From assembly GCF_964213995.1 (NCBI RefSeq), contig NC_135817.1, positions 30,070,001-30,134,000 of the forward strand: 64,000 nt of DNA. The letters run 5' to 3'. This stretch comes from Mustelus asterias. Its lineage: Eukaryota. Positions 51,845 through 64,000 of this stretch are shown one piece after another. The translations under genes were made by a program, and so were the position numbers. Below the pieces are notes generated by a model. That model did not search any database. It saw only the letters and a program-made list of their open reading frames with translations, and was not told where the DNA came from. How positions within the stretch are numbered: position 1 is the first letter of the stretch; the number at the start of each line of letters is the position of its first letter.

Positions 51845-52215
51845 AACATTAAGTTATATTAGAGCTTTCCACATCTTAAAAGTACTTCACTGTCAAAAAG
51901 CTACTTTAGAAGTGTCATCATTGCAGGCAAATAGAAATGCCTACTTCTGCACAGCAAGTTCCCACAATAAAATAAATGGTTTGGTAATCAGTTTTACTAT
52001 TTGGGATCAGAGTATTAGGAAAACACGTTTGGCCTTCAGATAGCTACACAGGACATTTTATGTACACCTGAATAGACGAATATTGCATCTGCAAAATGGC
52101 ACTCCTTATGGTGCAGCATTCTCACATGAACTGTTGGCCTAAATTTTATTTTCAATTTTTTTGGATTGGGGCTTGAATCCATGACCATGTGATTCAGGTG
52201 AAAGTGCTGCCCCTC
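51845..52215 (-). mobile_element. Degenerate Deu-domain SINE
   Basis: Same motif order as the copies at 24190 and 63405. Confidence 0.5.
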
Positions 52216-52650
52216 AACGAAGACTGGAACCGACATTAATCTAATAAGACATTATAATTTAATAGAAGAGGTATTTTAGTTCCTGCAAAATCGTGATAAA
52301 AAAGTAATTGTGGCAAAAATGTGAGGCTACATAGTTTTTAATTAAAAATGTCTGCCTGACTGCCCCCAATTAGTGTTCTGTATCTCCAATCTCATAGTAA
52401 GATAAGCAGGTGACCTGCTTTCAGATTATTTAAAAGTTGCTGTAATCAACCACTTAGAGGTGCACATGATCATAGCTATATCGGCCAAGATTTGATAGTC
52501 AAAAGTGAAGTGACACTGTTTGCCACTGATCTCAAAGAATGTTGCCCACAAAGAGCTAATGATCATAGGTGTAGATTTTACCTTCTTGACATTAATTCCA
52601 TTCCAGCATCAGCTCTAGCATCTAACACCAATCAGTCCAAGTAACTAATT

Positions 52651-52965
52651 ATAGAATCTACAGTGCAGAAGGAGGCCATTTGGTCCATCGAGCCTGCACC
52701 GACAGCAATCCCAACCAGGTCCTGTCCTATCGCTATAACCCCACATATTTACCCTCCTAATCCCCTGATGTTAAGGGGCAATTTATCATGGCCAATCAAC
52801 CTAACCTGCACTTGAACTGCGGGAGGAAACCGGAGCACCCGGAGGAAACCCACGCAGACACGGGAAGAATGTGAAAACTCCACACAGTCACCCGATGCCG
52901 GAATTGAACCTGGGTCCCTGGCGCTGTGAGGCAGCAGTGCTAACCACTGTACACAGTGCCGCCCC
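52651..52965 (-). mobile_element. HE1/V-SINE
   Basis: Reverse-complemented consensus motifs. Confidence 0.88.
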
Positions 52966-53075
52966 ACAATCACAGACAGCAAGCGAAAGCACTGATTTTC
53001 CTTTACATTTAAATCATTTTGCAGAGAAAAGTAAAGATTGGGATATGCATGTGGGATCAAGGTAGAAGACGAAAT

Positions 53076-53416
53076 ATCATAGAAACCCTACAGTGCAGAA
53101 ACAGGCCATTCGGCCCATCAAGTCTGCACCGAGCACAATCCCACCCAGGCCCTACCCCCATATCCCTACACATTTACCCGCTAATCCCTCTAACCTACAC
53201 ATCTCAGGACTCTAAGGGGCAATTTTAGCATGGCCAATCAACCTAACCCGCACACCTTTGGACTGTGGGAGGAAACCGGAGCACCCGGAGGAAACCCACG
53301 CAGACACGAGGAGAATGTGCAAACTCCACACAGACAGTGAGCCAAGCCGGGAATCGAACCCAGGTCCCTGGGGCTGTGAAGCAGCAGTGCTAACCACTGT
53401 GCTACCGTGCCGCCCC
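53076..53416 (-). mobile_element. HE1/V-SINE, full length, young
   Basis: Nearly identical to the reverse complement of 19051-19388. Confidence 0.92.
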
Positions 53417-54114
53417 TACGTTATGTTGAACGTTAACAAGAAATTAAAGTCTATGGGATATTTAAATCATAATTTAGAAGTTTAACATTCCACAGATACG
53501 AAATCAGTTTTGCAGGCACAGAGAGGTTGTTCAGCAGTAATTATGGTATGATATGCTGTTTAAAAATCCAGTTACACCTCATTCAAGGTATAGGATTTTT
53601 GCAGTGCGACACATGGTGTGTAAAGTGAAAGAGCAGGTAATCATTGGCAGCAACCTCCAGATTTCCAGGTTTAAATACATATATGAATTTGCCAGGAACT
53701 GCTGTCCATTTCAGAGTTGTAATGATGAAAAACACTGACATTATAGCTGCAAACTCCAGACCAGTAATTTATGTCAACTTCATGGGGCAATATTTTCTTT
53801 ATACTTGGTGCACCAACAAAGACCAAGAACTCAATGGGAATATACAGGTATCAGTCTGTCGTCCTCCTACTCCAAAGTATAACACAATGGCACTGCAGCT
53901 TTAACTTTCCGCCAATACATAGCATTACTCTATATTAATATCAGAACATGCTCATCATACGTTTTATCATGTATTTGTATTAGGCAGATAGCACCAGTTC
54001 AAGTTAAATCTTCCTTTAAACTATTTGAATTTAATCGATACCTTTGTGTGTATAACTCGATACCAAAAATGCATTTTCTAAACAACCTGTTGCTTCATTT
54101 CTGGTTTATTGCAG

Positions 54115-54287
54115 TGACACAATGTGCACATACTCGTAAGGGACTGAACCTAAACCAGATTAAAAAACAATTACATCAGCGCTGTTGGAATGCTTGTGAG
54201 GACTGCAAAACAAATGTCAAAACAGAGAACAAACACGAACTTGATGACCATCCAACTGTCTGGTTATGTTTAAAATGTGGGCATCAG
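54115..54287 (+). CDS. USP16: USP16 exon (ZnF-UBP, first part)
   Basis: gcag|TQCAHTRKGL...WNACEDCK...VWLCLKCGHQ|gtaaat; 173 nt. Confidence 0.95.
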
Positions 54288-56182
54288 GTAAATTGCTATT
54301 GTTTTGAACTATTACTCTGTGAAACACATTATCCTGAGATCTATGAAAACTTTTGTCCATCTATTTCAGGCTGCTAATTTCCTTTACTTGATCACGTCTT
54401 CTAAAGAACTTCAAACCTATTGAATGCATTTCATGTTTAGTTTACTTTTGTAGCTAACAGAACAACATTTTTAGAATGATCTGACAAATGCTGAAATTTA
54501 TATTACATGAGGCACAGAGGTAGATAATTGATTTTTTTGTGTGCGTGTGTTGCCTACAATCATAAGATTCAGTATCTGTCATTAAAGACATGTTCAAAAT
54601 GCCAACTAACTACAGGGGACTAGAATCTGAATCACAACAATAACAAATGTAACATTAAGCATCACAGCAGCACAATTGCACAGTTAAGGAGTACAATAGT
54701 GTAACTGAATAATATTCAGTGTGGAAATTCACAGTACAAAATTGTTGTGATTAAGCTCAAAGTCTATACTGTGAGGTGGCATTGATGGCCTTCCATTTTG
54801 ATCCTATCCCTTATGTAACAGGATAAAGGCAAACAGACTGTATCAGGTTAATTATATAATTAACCAGTATTGTATAGCTCCATCTCTTCAGTGTTGCAAC
54901 AGATCTTTTTAAAGTCACTTTTGATGGGCACTTCTATATTTTTTTTTAAAGCCTTCAGCTTTCTTCCTCTTATTTTTCTTTCTAGTTGCTGTCTTGAACA
55001 TACTGTTATTTTGTACCCCTGGGTGATGAGGAAAATTGAATGAGTAGAATTTTTTGGAATATTATTCCCAATTAATACCTGCACCAAGAGGAAATTGGGT
55101 GCTGTGGTAGTTATATCCATTTTCTGTGGCACGTTACCAAGTGGTCTAGAAAAAATAGACATTAAAAATCGAACCGTTCCATCCACAAAACTATGTTGGC
55201 ATTTAAAATAAACTTAATGTATAACCATTTTGTCAAAAATCTCCTGTAATTGGTGAGCCTTTCAGCAGCAATCACAGACTCTGAAAAGCTCACGTTGATG
55301 CACCCTGCAACAACAATGGAGCGGTGACTACAGGAGTAAGTCAATTTATACTACAGTTGCAATTCATAATTCTATTAACCTGCCTACCTTTATCTACCAC
55401 CCTGCTATTTGACCAGTCATCATGGATGCTGGAGACCTGAAATAAAAACAAAAAATGCAAGAAATACACAGCAGATCAGACAGCATCTATAGAGTGAGAA
55501 ACCATATTAACATTTCAGATTGATGACTTCCTGACAACCGCAATGCAATTCAAGTATTGACAGTGTGGTTATACATGTACATACAGTAATTTAATTCATT
55601 TCAGGACTGAGGCAAGCTGGCATCACCTTTTCTAACTATTTTCTGTTTAGAGTCTCTCGCTGTACAGTGCGATCTGGTTGCAGATATTAGCTCATTTCTC
55701 CAGACTGCTTAATACCTTTCTAGTTCAGCATTTTGTGTGTGGGAATATTGTTCAAATTACATTGTAAGTACATATTCTGGTGGGGCGGGAGCACTTGATA
55801 TGCCATCAGCTGTAAGATTAGTTCAGAACAGATCCCCTTTAGATGTTCACACCCAATGTTGTTAATGTCTGCGGAGAAAACTCTTCTCTCTCTACTACCT
55901 AATCCTCTATGCAGGACTTGTATGAATTTTATATACTAAATTCTTGCAAGAAAATTGAGCTCTTCGATTCTGAAATAGAGCATTTTTAAGTTATGTCCAT
56001 AATATTCGCTGGTCATATTTATTTGGTAATCAACTACAAATTATTTCTTTGAAAATTTACAATCATCATACTACAACAGTTAATTCTTCAGTGTGACATT
56101 CACTGAAGTGTCCTAACAATTTACCGCAACACACTAAACCCAAAATTGAGTAGCCCTGGAAAATTAATGTGTTGTGTTTGGA

Positions 56183-56269
56183 CTCAGCTGAGGAAGGAGC
56201 AATGCTCCAAAAGCGCATGATTCCAAATAAACCTGTTGGACTTTAACCTGGTGTTGTGAGAATTCTTAC
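56183..56269 (+). mobile_element. PLE mini-copy (degenerate hammerhead, tailless)
   Basis: CTGAGGAAGGAGCAATGCTCCAAAAGC...ctgttggactttaacctggtgttgtgagaattcttac; 10-bp TSD tgtgtttgga at 56173-56182 and 56270-56279. Confidence 0.82.
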
Positions 56270-56569
56270 TGTGTTTGGAAAAAACAGTTGTTCAATGTAG
56301 TACTCTAACTTCAAGGAACAGATGAAGTGTTCAAAAATCTCAAATGGTTAATAGTGCCTGAATTATTCAATTGCGCGATGCTCTTGTCATCCTCGAAGGC
56401 ATTCTCCATATAACTTCAACTAAAATAATTGTTAGTCAAATTATGTGCTTGAAAATTATAATTCAGTGAAACCTTTGGCCTGCTGCATGTTTCTGTTGTT
56501 CCCTTTGTGTAGTATAAAATGATTTGTTCAGCATTATACAAATGTCCTGGCTTGCTTTGTATTTTACAG

Positions 56570-56673
56570 GGCTGTGGGAGGGATTCAGAAGAACAACATG
56601 CCCTTAAGCATTATGAGAAGCAGCATTCAGAATCACATTGTGTGGTTCTTAATTTAGATTCCTGGAGTGTATG
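56570..56673 (+). CDS. USP16: USP16 exon (ZnF-UBP)
   Basis: tacag|GCGRDSEEQHALKHYEKQHSESHCVVLNLDSWSVW|gtaggt; 104 nt. Confidence 0.95.
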
Positions 56674-56896
56674 GTAGGTTCAATATCTCATATACGGTAG
56701 CATATTCATGGATTATCAATGGAATAAGAGCATGGAATTTAATTAGTTTTTTGAATCAGTTTATGACGTGCTCTTGGTACTCTGATGGTGGATACTGTAA
56801 TTGAGAGTCCTCATTGAACAGTCTGAAACCAAATATCCAACATTAATGAGAATTAGTTACATTTTTTGATGTCTCTAATCCCTGCTGCCTAATAAA

Positions 56897-58665
56897 TATG
56901 ATGTGGAGATGCTGGCGTTAGACTGGGGTAAACACAGTGCGAAGTCTCACAACACCAGGTTAAAGTCCAACAGGTTTATTTGGTAGCAAAAGCCACTAGC
57001 TTTCGGAGCGCTGCTCCTTCATCAGATGAGTGGGAGTTCCGTTCACAAACAGGGCATATAAAGACACGAGCTCAATTTACAAAATAATGGTTGGAATGCG
57101 AGTTTTTACAGGTAATCAAGTCTTAAAGGTACAAACAATGTGAGTGGAGAGAGGGCTAAGCACAGGTTAAAGAGATGTGTACTGTCTCCAGCCAGGACAG
57201 TTAGTGAGATTTTGCAAGCCCAGGCAAGTTATGGGGGTTACAGATAGTGTGACATGAACCCAAGATCCCCGTTGAGGCCGTCCTCGTGTGTGGAACTTGG
57301 CTATCAGTCTCTGCTCAGCGACTCTGCGTTGTCGTGTGTCGTGAAGGCTGCCTTGGAGAACGCTTACCCGAAGATCAGAGGCCGAATGCCCGTGACCGCT
57401 GAAATGTTCCCCAACAGGAAGAGAACACTTTTGCCTGGTGATTGTCGAGCGGTGTTCATTCATCCGTTGTTGTAGCGTCTGCATGGTCTCCCCAATGTAC
57501 CGTGCCTCGAGACATCCTTTCCTGCAGCGTATCAGGTAGACAACGTTGGCCGAGTTGCAAGTGTATGTACCATGTACTTGGTGGATGGTGTTCTCACGTG
57601 AGATGATGGCATCCGTGTCGATGATCCGGCACGTCTTGCAGAGGTTGCTGTGGCAGGGTTGTGTGGTGTCGTGGTCACTGTTCTGAAGGCTGGGTAGTTT
57701 GCTGCGGACAATGGTCTGTTTGAGGTTGTGCGGTTGTTTGAAGACAAGAAATGGGGGTTTGGGGATGGCCTTGGTGCGATGTTCGTCTTCATCAATGACG
57801 TCTTGAAGGCTCCGGAGAAGATGTCGTAGTTTCTCCGCTCCGGGTAAGTACTGGACGACGAAGGGTACTCTGTCCGCCGTGTCCCGTGTTTGTCTTCTGA
57901 GGAGGTTGGTGCGGTTTTTCGCTGTGGGGCATCGGAACTGTCATTCGATGAGTCAAGCGCCATATCCTGTTCTTATGAGGGCATCTTTCAGCATATGGAG
58001 GCGTCTGTTGCGATCTTCCTCATCCGAGCACATCCTGTGTATACGGAAGGCTTGTCCGTAGGGGATGGCTTCTTTAACATGTTTAGGGTGGAAGCTGGAG
58101 AAGTGGAGCATCGTGAGGTTATCCGTGGGCTTGTGGTACAGTGAAGTGCTGAGGTGACCGTCCTTGATGGAGATGCGTGTGTCCAAGAATGCAACCGATT
58201 CCGGAGAGTAGTCCATAGTGAGTCTGATGGTGGGATGGAACTTGTTGATGTCATCATATAGATGTTTCAGTGATTGTTCACCATGAGTCCAAAGGAAGAA
58301 AATGTCATCGATGTATCTAGTGTATAGCATCGGTTGAAGGTCCTGTGCGGTGTAGAGGTCTTGTTCGAACCTGTGCATGAAGATGTTGGCATATTGAGGT
58401 GCGAATTTGGTCCCCATGGCTGTTCCGTGTGTCTGGATGAAGAACTGGTTGTTGAAGGTGAAGACATTGTGGTCCAGGATGAAGCGGATGAGTTGTAAAA
58501 TTGCATCTGGAGCTTGGCAGTTCTGAGGCAGTTGCAGCAATGCCATCGTCGTGGGGGATGCTGGTGTAGAGTGCCGAGACATCCATTGTGACGTGGAGTG
58601 CTCCTGGTTCAACTGCTCCATGTGTGCTGAGTTTCTGTAGGAAGTCCGTAGTGTCGCAACAAAAG
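56897..58665 (-). mobile_element. 5'-truncated Penelope-like retroelement (Poseidon-type): RT + GIY-YIG endonuclease + terminal repeat with hammerhead and tail; frameshifted
   Basis: RT motifs TMDVSALYTSIPH, GTAMGTKFAPQYANIFM, YTRYIDDIFFLW; endonuclease-region (YIGE)TMQTLQQRMNEH; 8-bp TSD ctaataaa at 56889-56896 and 58666-58673. Confidence 0.93.
56993..57029 (-). ncRNA. Minimal hammerhead ribozyme in PLE terminus
   Basis: Minus strand CAT-CTGATGA-A-GGAGC(AGC)GCTCC-GAAAGCTA-GTGG. Confidence 0.8.
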
Positions 58666-59081
58666 CTAATAAACGCACAGGGCAGGATCTTAGGGTTAAC
58701 TAACATCACTGAAGTCAGATGTTTGAGCTTCAGTGTTATCTGTCACTAAATTGTTTTCCATCAACCAGTGAACCATCAAGGTACTAGATAAGAAAGTTTG
58801 TGGTATGATATTGTAAGCAGCAATGAAGTGTTGATTATGGTTTTAGGAAAAATATTGCTAATTAGAGGAGTGGGTGCAGAGATAGTAGTGGTTGTGAGGT
58901 GGGATTGAGCGAGAGGGAAGGGTGGAAGCAGCTGTATAAGAATACTTTTTTAAAAGTACTGCTGCAAGAATTTGTACAAGATTAAAAGGTAGGAGGGATT
59001 TTGGAAAGAATGGTTGTGATGGACGGAGTGTTTGCATTGATTTTTTTTTGTTTTGATTAACTCGTCATTATTTTGATACAG

Positions 59082-59185
59082 GTGCTACTTGTGTGATGAT
59101 GAAGTGCGTTATGAAGTCAAAGATCAGTTAGGTCAATTTATAACTTATATCCAAAAAAAGACAGCTGACAAATGCGCCAAAAGAG
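59082..59185 (+). CDS. USP16: USP16 exon (end of ZnF-UBP)
   Basis: acag|CYLCDDEVRYEVKDQLGQFITYIQKKTADKCAKR|gtgagt; 104 nt. Confidence 0.94.
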
Positions 59186-59551
59186 GTGAGTTACCAAGAG
59201 GTTGTTTGAGTTAAATAGTTATATGAATATATATAAAGTATACATCATTAAGTGCTATTTAATTCTCACTTTGCTGGATGTTACAGTGCAGTTATTACAT
59301 AATGCTCTAAGTTCTCCATAGATTTAACACACACCGATGTAAGAACATAAAGCTGATTTGTACAGTTCCAGTTCCAAAATTAGACTGCTTATCTGACAAA
59401 ATCAACTTGAAATGTGTGCAGATATATTGGCATCTGTGGAATTTGATTAAATTGAGTGCAGTAGCAGGTGTGGTGGTACTTGATGTTCAAGTGATTAATG
59501 TGAGTAACACAGATGCATCTAGTTTAAATTGTGCTATATTTATAATTACAG

Positions 59552-59715
59552 CTGGACTGCCTGAAACAAATGAAAACGGTAAGGGAATGGAAGATAACAC
59601 AACAGAAACTGGGAAACATGAGAAAGGAAAGACTGTGGCACAAAACAGCCAACTGATATCAGTGAAAGGACTCAGCAATCTTGGCAATACCTGCTTTTTT
59701 AATGCTGTCATGCAG
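59552..59715 (+). CDS. USP16: USP16 exon with catalytic Cys box
   Basis: acag|...SVKGLSNLGNTCFFNAVMQ|gtgatt; USP Cys-box motif; 164 nt. Confidence 0.96.
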
Positions 59716-60156
59716 GTGATTATAAAGCCTTAACATGAAACACTGTATCGCGTGGTTACAAAATATCAGCTAACTAGCTCACATTTTATTTAGTTAACAT
59801 TTTAAATTGCATACTAAAAATTGCACTAATGGGAGAACTCGAGACAGTATTGTAATAAGTTGTGGATTTTAATCATAGCACAAAAAGACATTATTGCACT
59901 AAAATGTACAATAACTTGTTTCCTCTATTTTCATTAAGGGACGGGAAGACTAGCCTATAAGAGAATCATTATAAACAGTCATTTACTGCTGCTGCACTCT
60001 TCTATTTAAAGACTATTCTCTATCCTGGTGCTTTATATAGGAATATTTTTGAATGTTATCTGATTGAATTTTGCTCATTGAAGTTATTTTACTTTCTAAT
60101 CACTTCTGATAATTGTAAGAAACAGACGGTATAGTTATCTTTATTCATTAATCCAG

Positions 60157-60252
60157 GTCTTATCACAGACTTACGTGCTGAATGAGTTGATTCAGGGGTT
60201 AAAAATGAATGAAGCTACGATGACCGTTATAACGCCTGACTCTCTAAATCTG
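60157..60252 (+). CDS. USP16: USP16 exon
   Basis: ccag|VLSQTYVLNELIQGLKMNEATMTVITPDSLNL|gtaggt; 96 nt. Confidence 0.9.
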
Positions 60253-60451
60253 GTAGGTGAATATTTGTGACAAAGCACTTGAAAGGCTTCTATTTTATAG
60301 TCTGTAATCTACCATTTTATGAAACTTAACCATTGTATGAAATTAATATTAAAAACTTTTAAGCTTTTATATGCTACCTGTCCTAGTATCTGGAAACCTT
60401 TGAATGATTTACTCTAAGGAACATTTTACAAAGGCTAGCAAAAATCATGAT

Positions 60452-61312
60452 GGCGATTCTCCCCAAAAAATCCTAAGTGTCGCATTTATGTAAAAACTGG
60501 AGTAAATCCTGTTTTTTTTCAGCGGGAGTTTAAAAATGAATCTCCCACACTCTGTGCACTGCAGAGTGCCTCAGCGTGGATCATGCTGAAATTCAGTGGA
60601 TGGGGCCTATTCCCGCTGGAGAGGCTTAACAGCAAAGCGCTGAGCGGGCCACTGTGCATGGGCCGATCTGTTAGCGCCGTGATCGGCGCATGTGCAGTGA
60701 CCTCGTACTGTCGATTTCCCGGTCGCTGGCCCTCCAAACATGTCTGGGCTAGCCTCAACACCCCCCCCCCCCCCCCCCCGGCCGTCACTAGCCCGATAGC
60801 ACAGTGGTAGCAGGGCCCCCCACCAATCTCCTCTTCCCCATCCCCACCTGAAGCACCCCATCCCTTGGTACTGCCTGATGCTCAGTGGGCAATGCCAAGG
60901 TGCCCCTGGGCATTGCCACTTTGCCCCTTGGGCAGTGCCAGGGGGCCCAGACTGGCAATGCCCAGAGGCCCACCCCCCAAGTCTAATGGGGGCCCTTGAT
61001 TGCCCCCCCTTCACTCCAGTGGGGTCGGGCCGCCAGCTCCTCCCAAGTAGGGGGCTATAGTAAACCCCGCTATAATGAACCACTCCTGGGGGGGAGCACT
61101 AATGAGATTTCAATTATAGGGAAATAAAGATTACCATAATTTATTCAGCCGTGCGCCAATTTCTGGCGTGGAGCTGATGGCACTGGATATCCGGCTGCCA
61201 GAGACTTATGGGGGCCGTGGCGCCCAGCGGGGAGCCTGCAAACCCGCATCCGCTTAAGTCTCCTGGCCCGCTGCGCTACAAAAGCAGTGCAGCAGGCTGG
61301 GAGAATCGTTCG
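60452..61312. mobile_element. GC-rich non-autonomous DNA transposon (MITE, possibly PIF/Harbinger-like)
   Basis: TIR-like ends ggcgattctccc and gggagaatcg; internal palindromes (tgcc..ggca); long C-run at 60762-60779; sharp GC contrast with flanks. Confidence 0.75.
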
Positions 61313-61933
61313 CTCCATATGTTATAAGACATGTGAATTGTAGAATTATCTGTAGAAATTGAAGTATCTTTAACCCCTTACACAACCTTAATTTCAACTT
61401 CTGGTCCAACAATGAATGGCTGTTTATTGGAGGTGACAGTCTAGTTGCACCTCAGAATTTAGTTTTTCTATAAAAACGTGTTAGTAGTTCATGCCTGAAA
61501 GTGGATGATTTTCATTTATTAACTGTTACAAAATTGTGATGTTGAATTTATTGTAAATCTGATAATTATGCAATTAACTAGTGGACAATTTAGGTTTGAT
61601 TTCCAGCTTATCTCATGAGGTAGCTTTTCGGCCACTAATTTACCCATGTGTCTACGAAGGCCATGAAAATAAAGTCACTTTATCAGAAAAGAGCTCAGTC
61701 AGATCCTGGTGTAGTACCCACTAGTTGATCAGATATGCAAAATAGTAACTTCTCGAATTGTTTTTAATTCTTTTATGCTGAAGTAGTAGTCACATCATCT
61801 GATAATTATGTTAAATATGCATGTTTCAGACAATTAGCCTCTTATCCATAAACTCTATTGTTATGCTTTGGACTTCATATCGGAATTGGAAATTTTCTTG
61901 TATTCATCACAGTTGGATATGGCCAAATGTAAC

Positions 61934-62598
61934 TTGCAAGTAATTATAGCTCAAAGGAGTGCATATGTAATAATTTTCTAAGTCTGCTCCTCCTAAGTCT
62001 CAAAAACATCATCTTTCAGCAAATGAGTTGCCATTTATTCTGGCTGTAAGCGTAGGCTCTTTCTGATGTCCTGGCTAACATTCCTTCCTCCGCCAACACA
62101 ATGTCAGAGAATAATTGCAGTGTCATTTGGGGACCAAGTTGTGCAAAGTAGCTACTGCATTTGCCCACCTTATAACAACAATGGCATAATGCGATGTGAA
62201 GTGCTGAGATGTTTCTGACCAATAATTTCAGTTTTTCCTTTTTCTCTTTTTGCCTTTCAAGACTAAACATTACACTTTTTAAACCAGAAGAAATTTGCAG
62301 GGCTATGGCAAAAGAAGAGAGAAATGGAACTAATTGGATAGTTCTTTCAAAGAACATACAGATACATTGGGTTGAAGGGCCACCATCTGTTATATGATGC
62401 AATGAAAACGAAAGTAAGGGTAAAGATTTCTAGGCATCAGGCATCTTTTCTCTGAGATTATAGTGTCATGAAATAATGCAGCACAGAATTTCACTTCTTT
62501 TTTTATAGAACCATAAGACAGGTTGAATGGTCTACTTCTGCCCCTATCAAGTTTGCAAGTAATTATAGCTCAAAGGAGTGCATATGTAATAATTTTCT
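61934..62598. repeat. Perfect 46-bp direct repeat
   Basis: ttgcaagtaattatagctcaaaggagtgcatatgtaataattttct at 61934-61979 and 62553-62598. Confidence 0.92.
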
Positions 62599-62661
62599 CA
62601 TTGAGAATATATAATTTTGTTTTATATAATTTTGAATTTGAATTTTACTTTAAATTATCAG

Positions 62662-62792
62662 GGACACCTAGAGATTCACCTTGACCAACCAGGACCACTG
62701 TCTTCAGCAATGCGCCAATTTCTTCTTGATTTTCAAGATACAAAAAAGAATGTTCTCACCCCGAAGGAGCTGTTCACTCAGGTCTGTAAAAA
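62662..62792 (+). CDS. USP16: USP16 exon
   Basis: tcag|[43 protein letters not shown]|gtgagt; 131 nt. Confidence 0.94.
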
Positions 62793-62932
62793 GTGAGTAT
62801 CCACAGTCATTGCTGTGCAGGTATGAAACCAATAGTATTCAGACTAAAACATCTGAGTTTTCAGCACAAACATGACAATTTGAAAATTGTGTTCTCGACT
62901 TGAGAAAGGTAGCCTTACACTGACTAGATAAT

Positions 62933-63226
62933 TCATAGAATCCCTAAAGTGCAGAAGGAGGCCATTAGGCCCATTGAGTCTGCACCGACCACAATCCCAC
63001 CCAGGCCCATAACCCCACATATTTACCCTGCTAATCCTCCTAACATTAGGGTCAATTTAGCATGGCCAATCCACCTGACCTGCACATCTTTGGACTGTGG
63101 AAGGAAACCGGAGCACCCGGAGGAAGCCCACGCAGACACGGGGAGAACGTGCAGTTCCACACAGACAGTGGCCCAAGGCACGGGTTCCTGGCGCTGTAAG
63201 GCAGCAGTGTTAGCCACCGTGCCACC
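62933..63226 (-). mobile_element. HE1/V-SINE
   Basis: Reverse-complemented consensus motifs. Confidence 0.87.
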
Positions 63227-63404
63227 AATTTATTCCATTTATTTAAATGCCCACACCGACTTGCAATAAATTTTGTTGTTTTGTATGTCAGTGAATGGAC
63301 CTCCTTGACCTTATTGATAACGTTCCTTCATAATGACAGCATTCCACTACTATCTTATTTAATCTCTTCTACAATTGAATTATAACTAATGGTGAAAAGA
63401 ACAG

Positions 63405-63778
63405 AAAGATTTGCATTCATTTGGCACTTCTTATATTTGTCAGTATTCCAAACTGCTAATTGAGTTTTTATTCAAATGTAGTCACTGCTGCAGGAAATGT
63501 GGCTGCCAACAAGCAGTTGAACAAGCAGCAAGGTGTAAATAACCTATTTTAGTGTTGATTGTGGGATAGTTGTTTGCCAGGAATATACTTCTCTTTTTCA
63601 AGAAGTGCTTTGGGATATTCTTTGTTTACCTGAGAGGGCCGGCAGGACCTCAGTTTAAAAGCTTATTCTGCTTATGTACTGCAACAAAGTCTTGGCGTAG
63701 ATTAATGTGCTCAATTCTCGAGTAGCGCTTGAGCAAACAACCTCCTAACTCATTGGTGAGAACACTAAATCGAGCCTG
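63405..63778 (-). mobile_element. Degenerate Deu-domain SINE
   Basis: gtagtcactgctgcaggaaatgtggctgcc...tttacctgagagggcc...cttgagcaaacaacc. Confidence 0.55.
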
Positions 63779-63860
63779 ATTTTTAAAAAATGAATGTTTT
63801 ATCTATAGAATATCGGTGTTGCAGATCTGTAAGTTGCATTTTTTATAACTTCTTCCTCAG

Positions 63861-63948
63861 AGCTGTACGATTTAAAGGATTTCAACAGCAAGACAGCCAA
63901 GAATTGCTTCGTTACTTATTAGATGGAATGAGAACTGAGGAAATCAAA
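63861..63948 (+). CDS. USP16: USP16 exon (QQD box); gene continues beyond window
   Basis: ctcag|[29 protein letters not shown]|gtaagt; 88 nt. Confidence 0.96.
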
Positions 63949-64000
63949 GTAAGTGGACTTCGACGTGTTATAAATTAAACTAGATTAGTGCGGAGGATAA

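Noticed and set aside
57953-58678. 241-aa RT ORF as an active or domesticated reverse transcriptase
   Set aside because: The element is 5'-truncated, frameshifted near 58525 and interrupted by a stop; a dead copy
60519-61083. GC-rich ORFs suggesting a CpG island or gene
   Set aside because: They lie within a TIR-bounded MITE in a USP16 intron; low-complexity translations

Overview
Eukaryotic, intron-rich, AT-rich vertebrate DNA, almost certainly from a shark or other elasmobranch (inferred from HE1/V-SINE-type and Deu-domain SINEs and shark-type CR1/L2/Penelope repeats). Three spliced genes were reconstructed by hand from GT-AG exons, in the same order as human chr21. LTN1 (minus strand) has coding exons 1-12 and runs off the left edge. 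RWDD2B (minus strand) is complete, 4 coding exons, 291 aa. USP16 (plus strand) has 8 coding exons and runs off the right edge. RWDD2B and USP16 share a bidirectional CpG-rich promoter. Most ORFs in the supplied track are repeat-derived noise. The most interesting signal is a Penelope-like (PLE; RT + GIY-YIG) retroelement system. Its terminal repeats carry minimal hammerhead ribozymes (CUGANGA-A-stem II-GAAA with a palindromic stem III, and compensatory changes in stem I between copies). Several ~90-125 nt TSD-flanked mini-copies begin right at the ribozyme core, there are inverted-terminus insertions, and a separable ~42-nt 3' 'tail' module occurs in one TSD-flanked insert fused to an ORF-like fragment. 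A candidate spliced divergent transcript from the LTN1 promoter and several unexplained long inverted or direct repeats were also found. Exon coordinates were read directly; repeat boundaries are approximate; family names rest on recognition, not on a database search.
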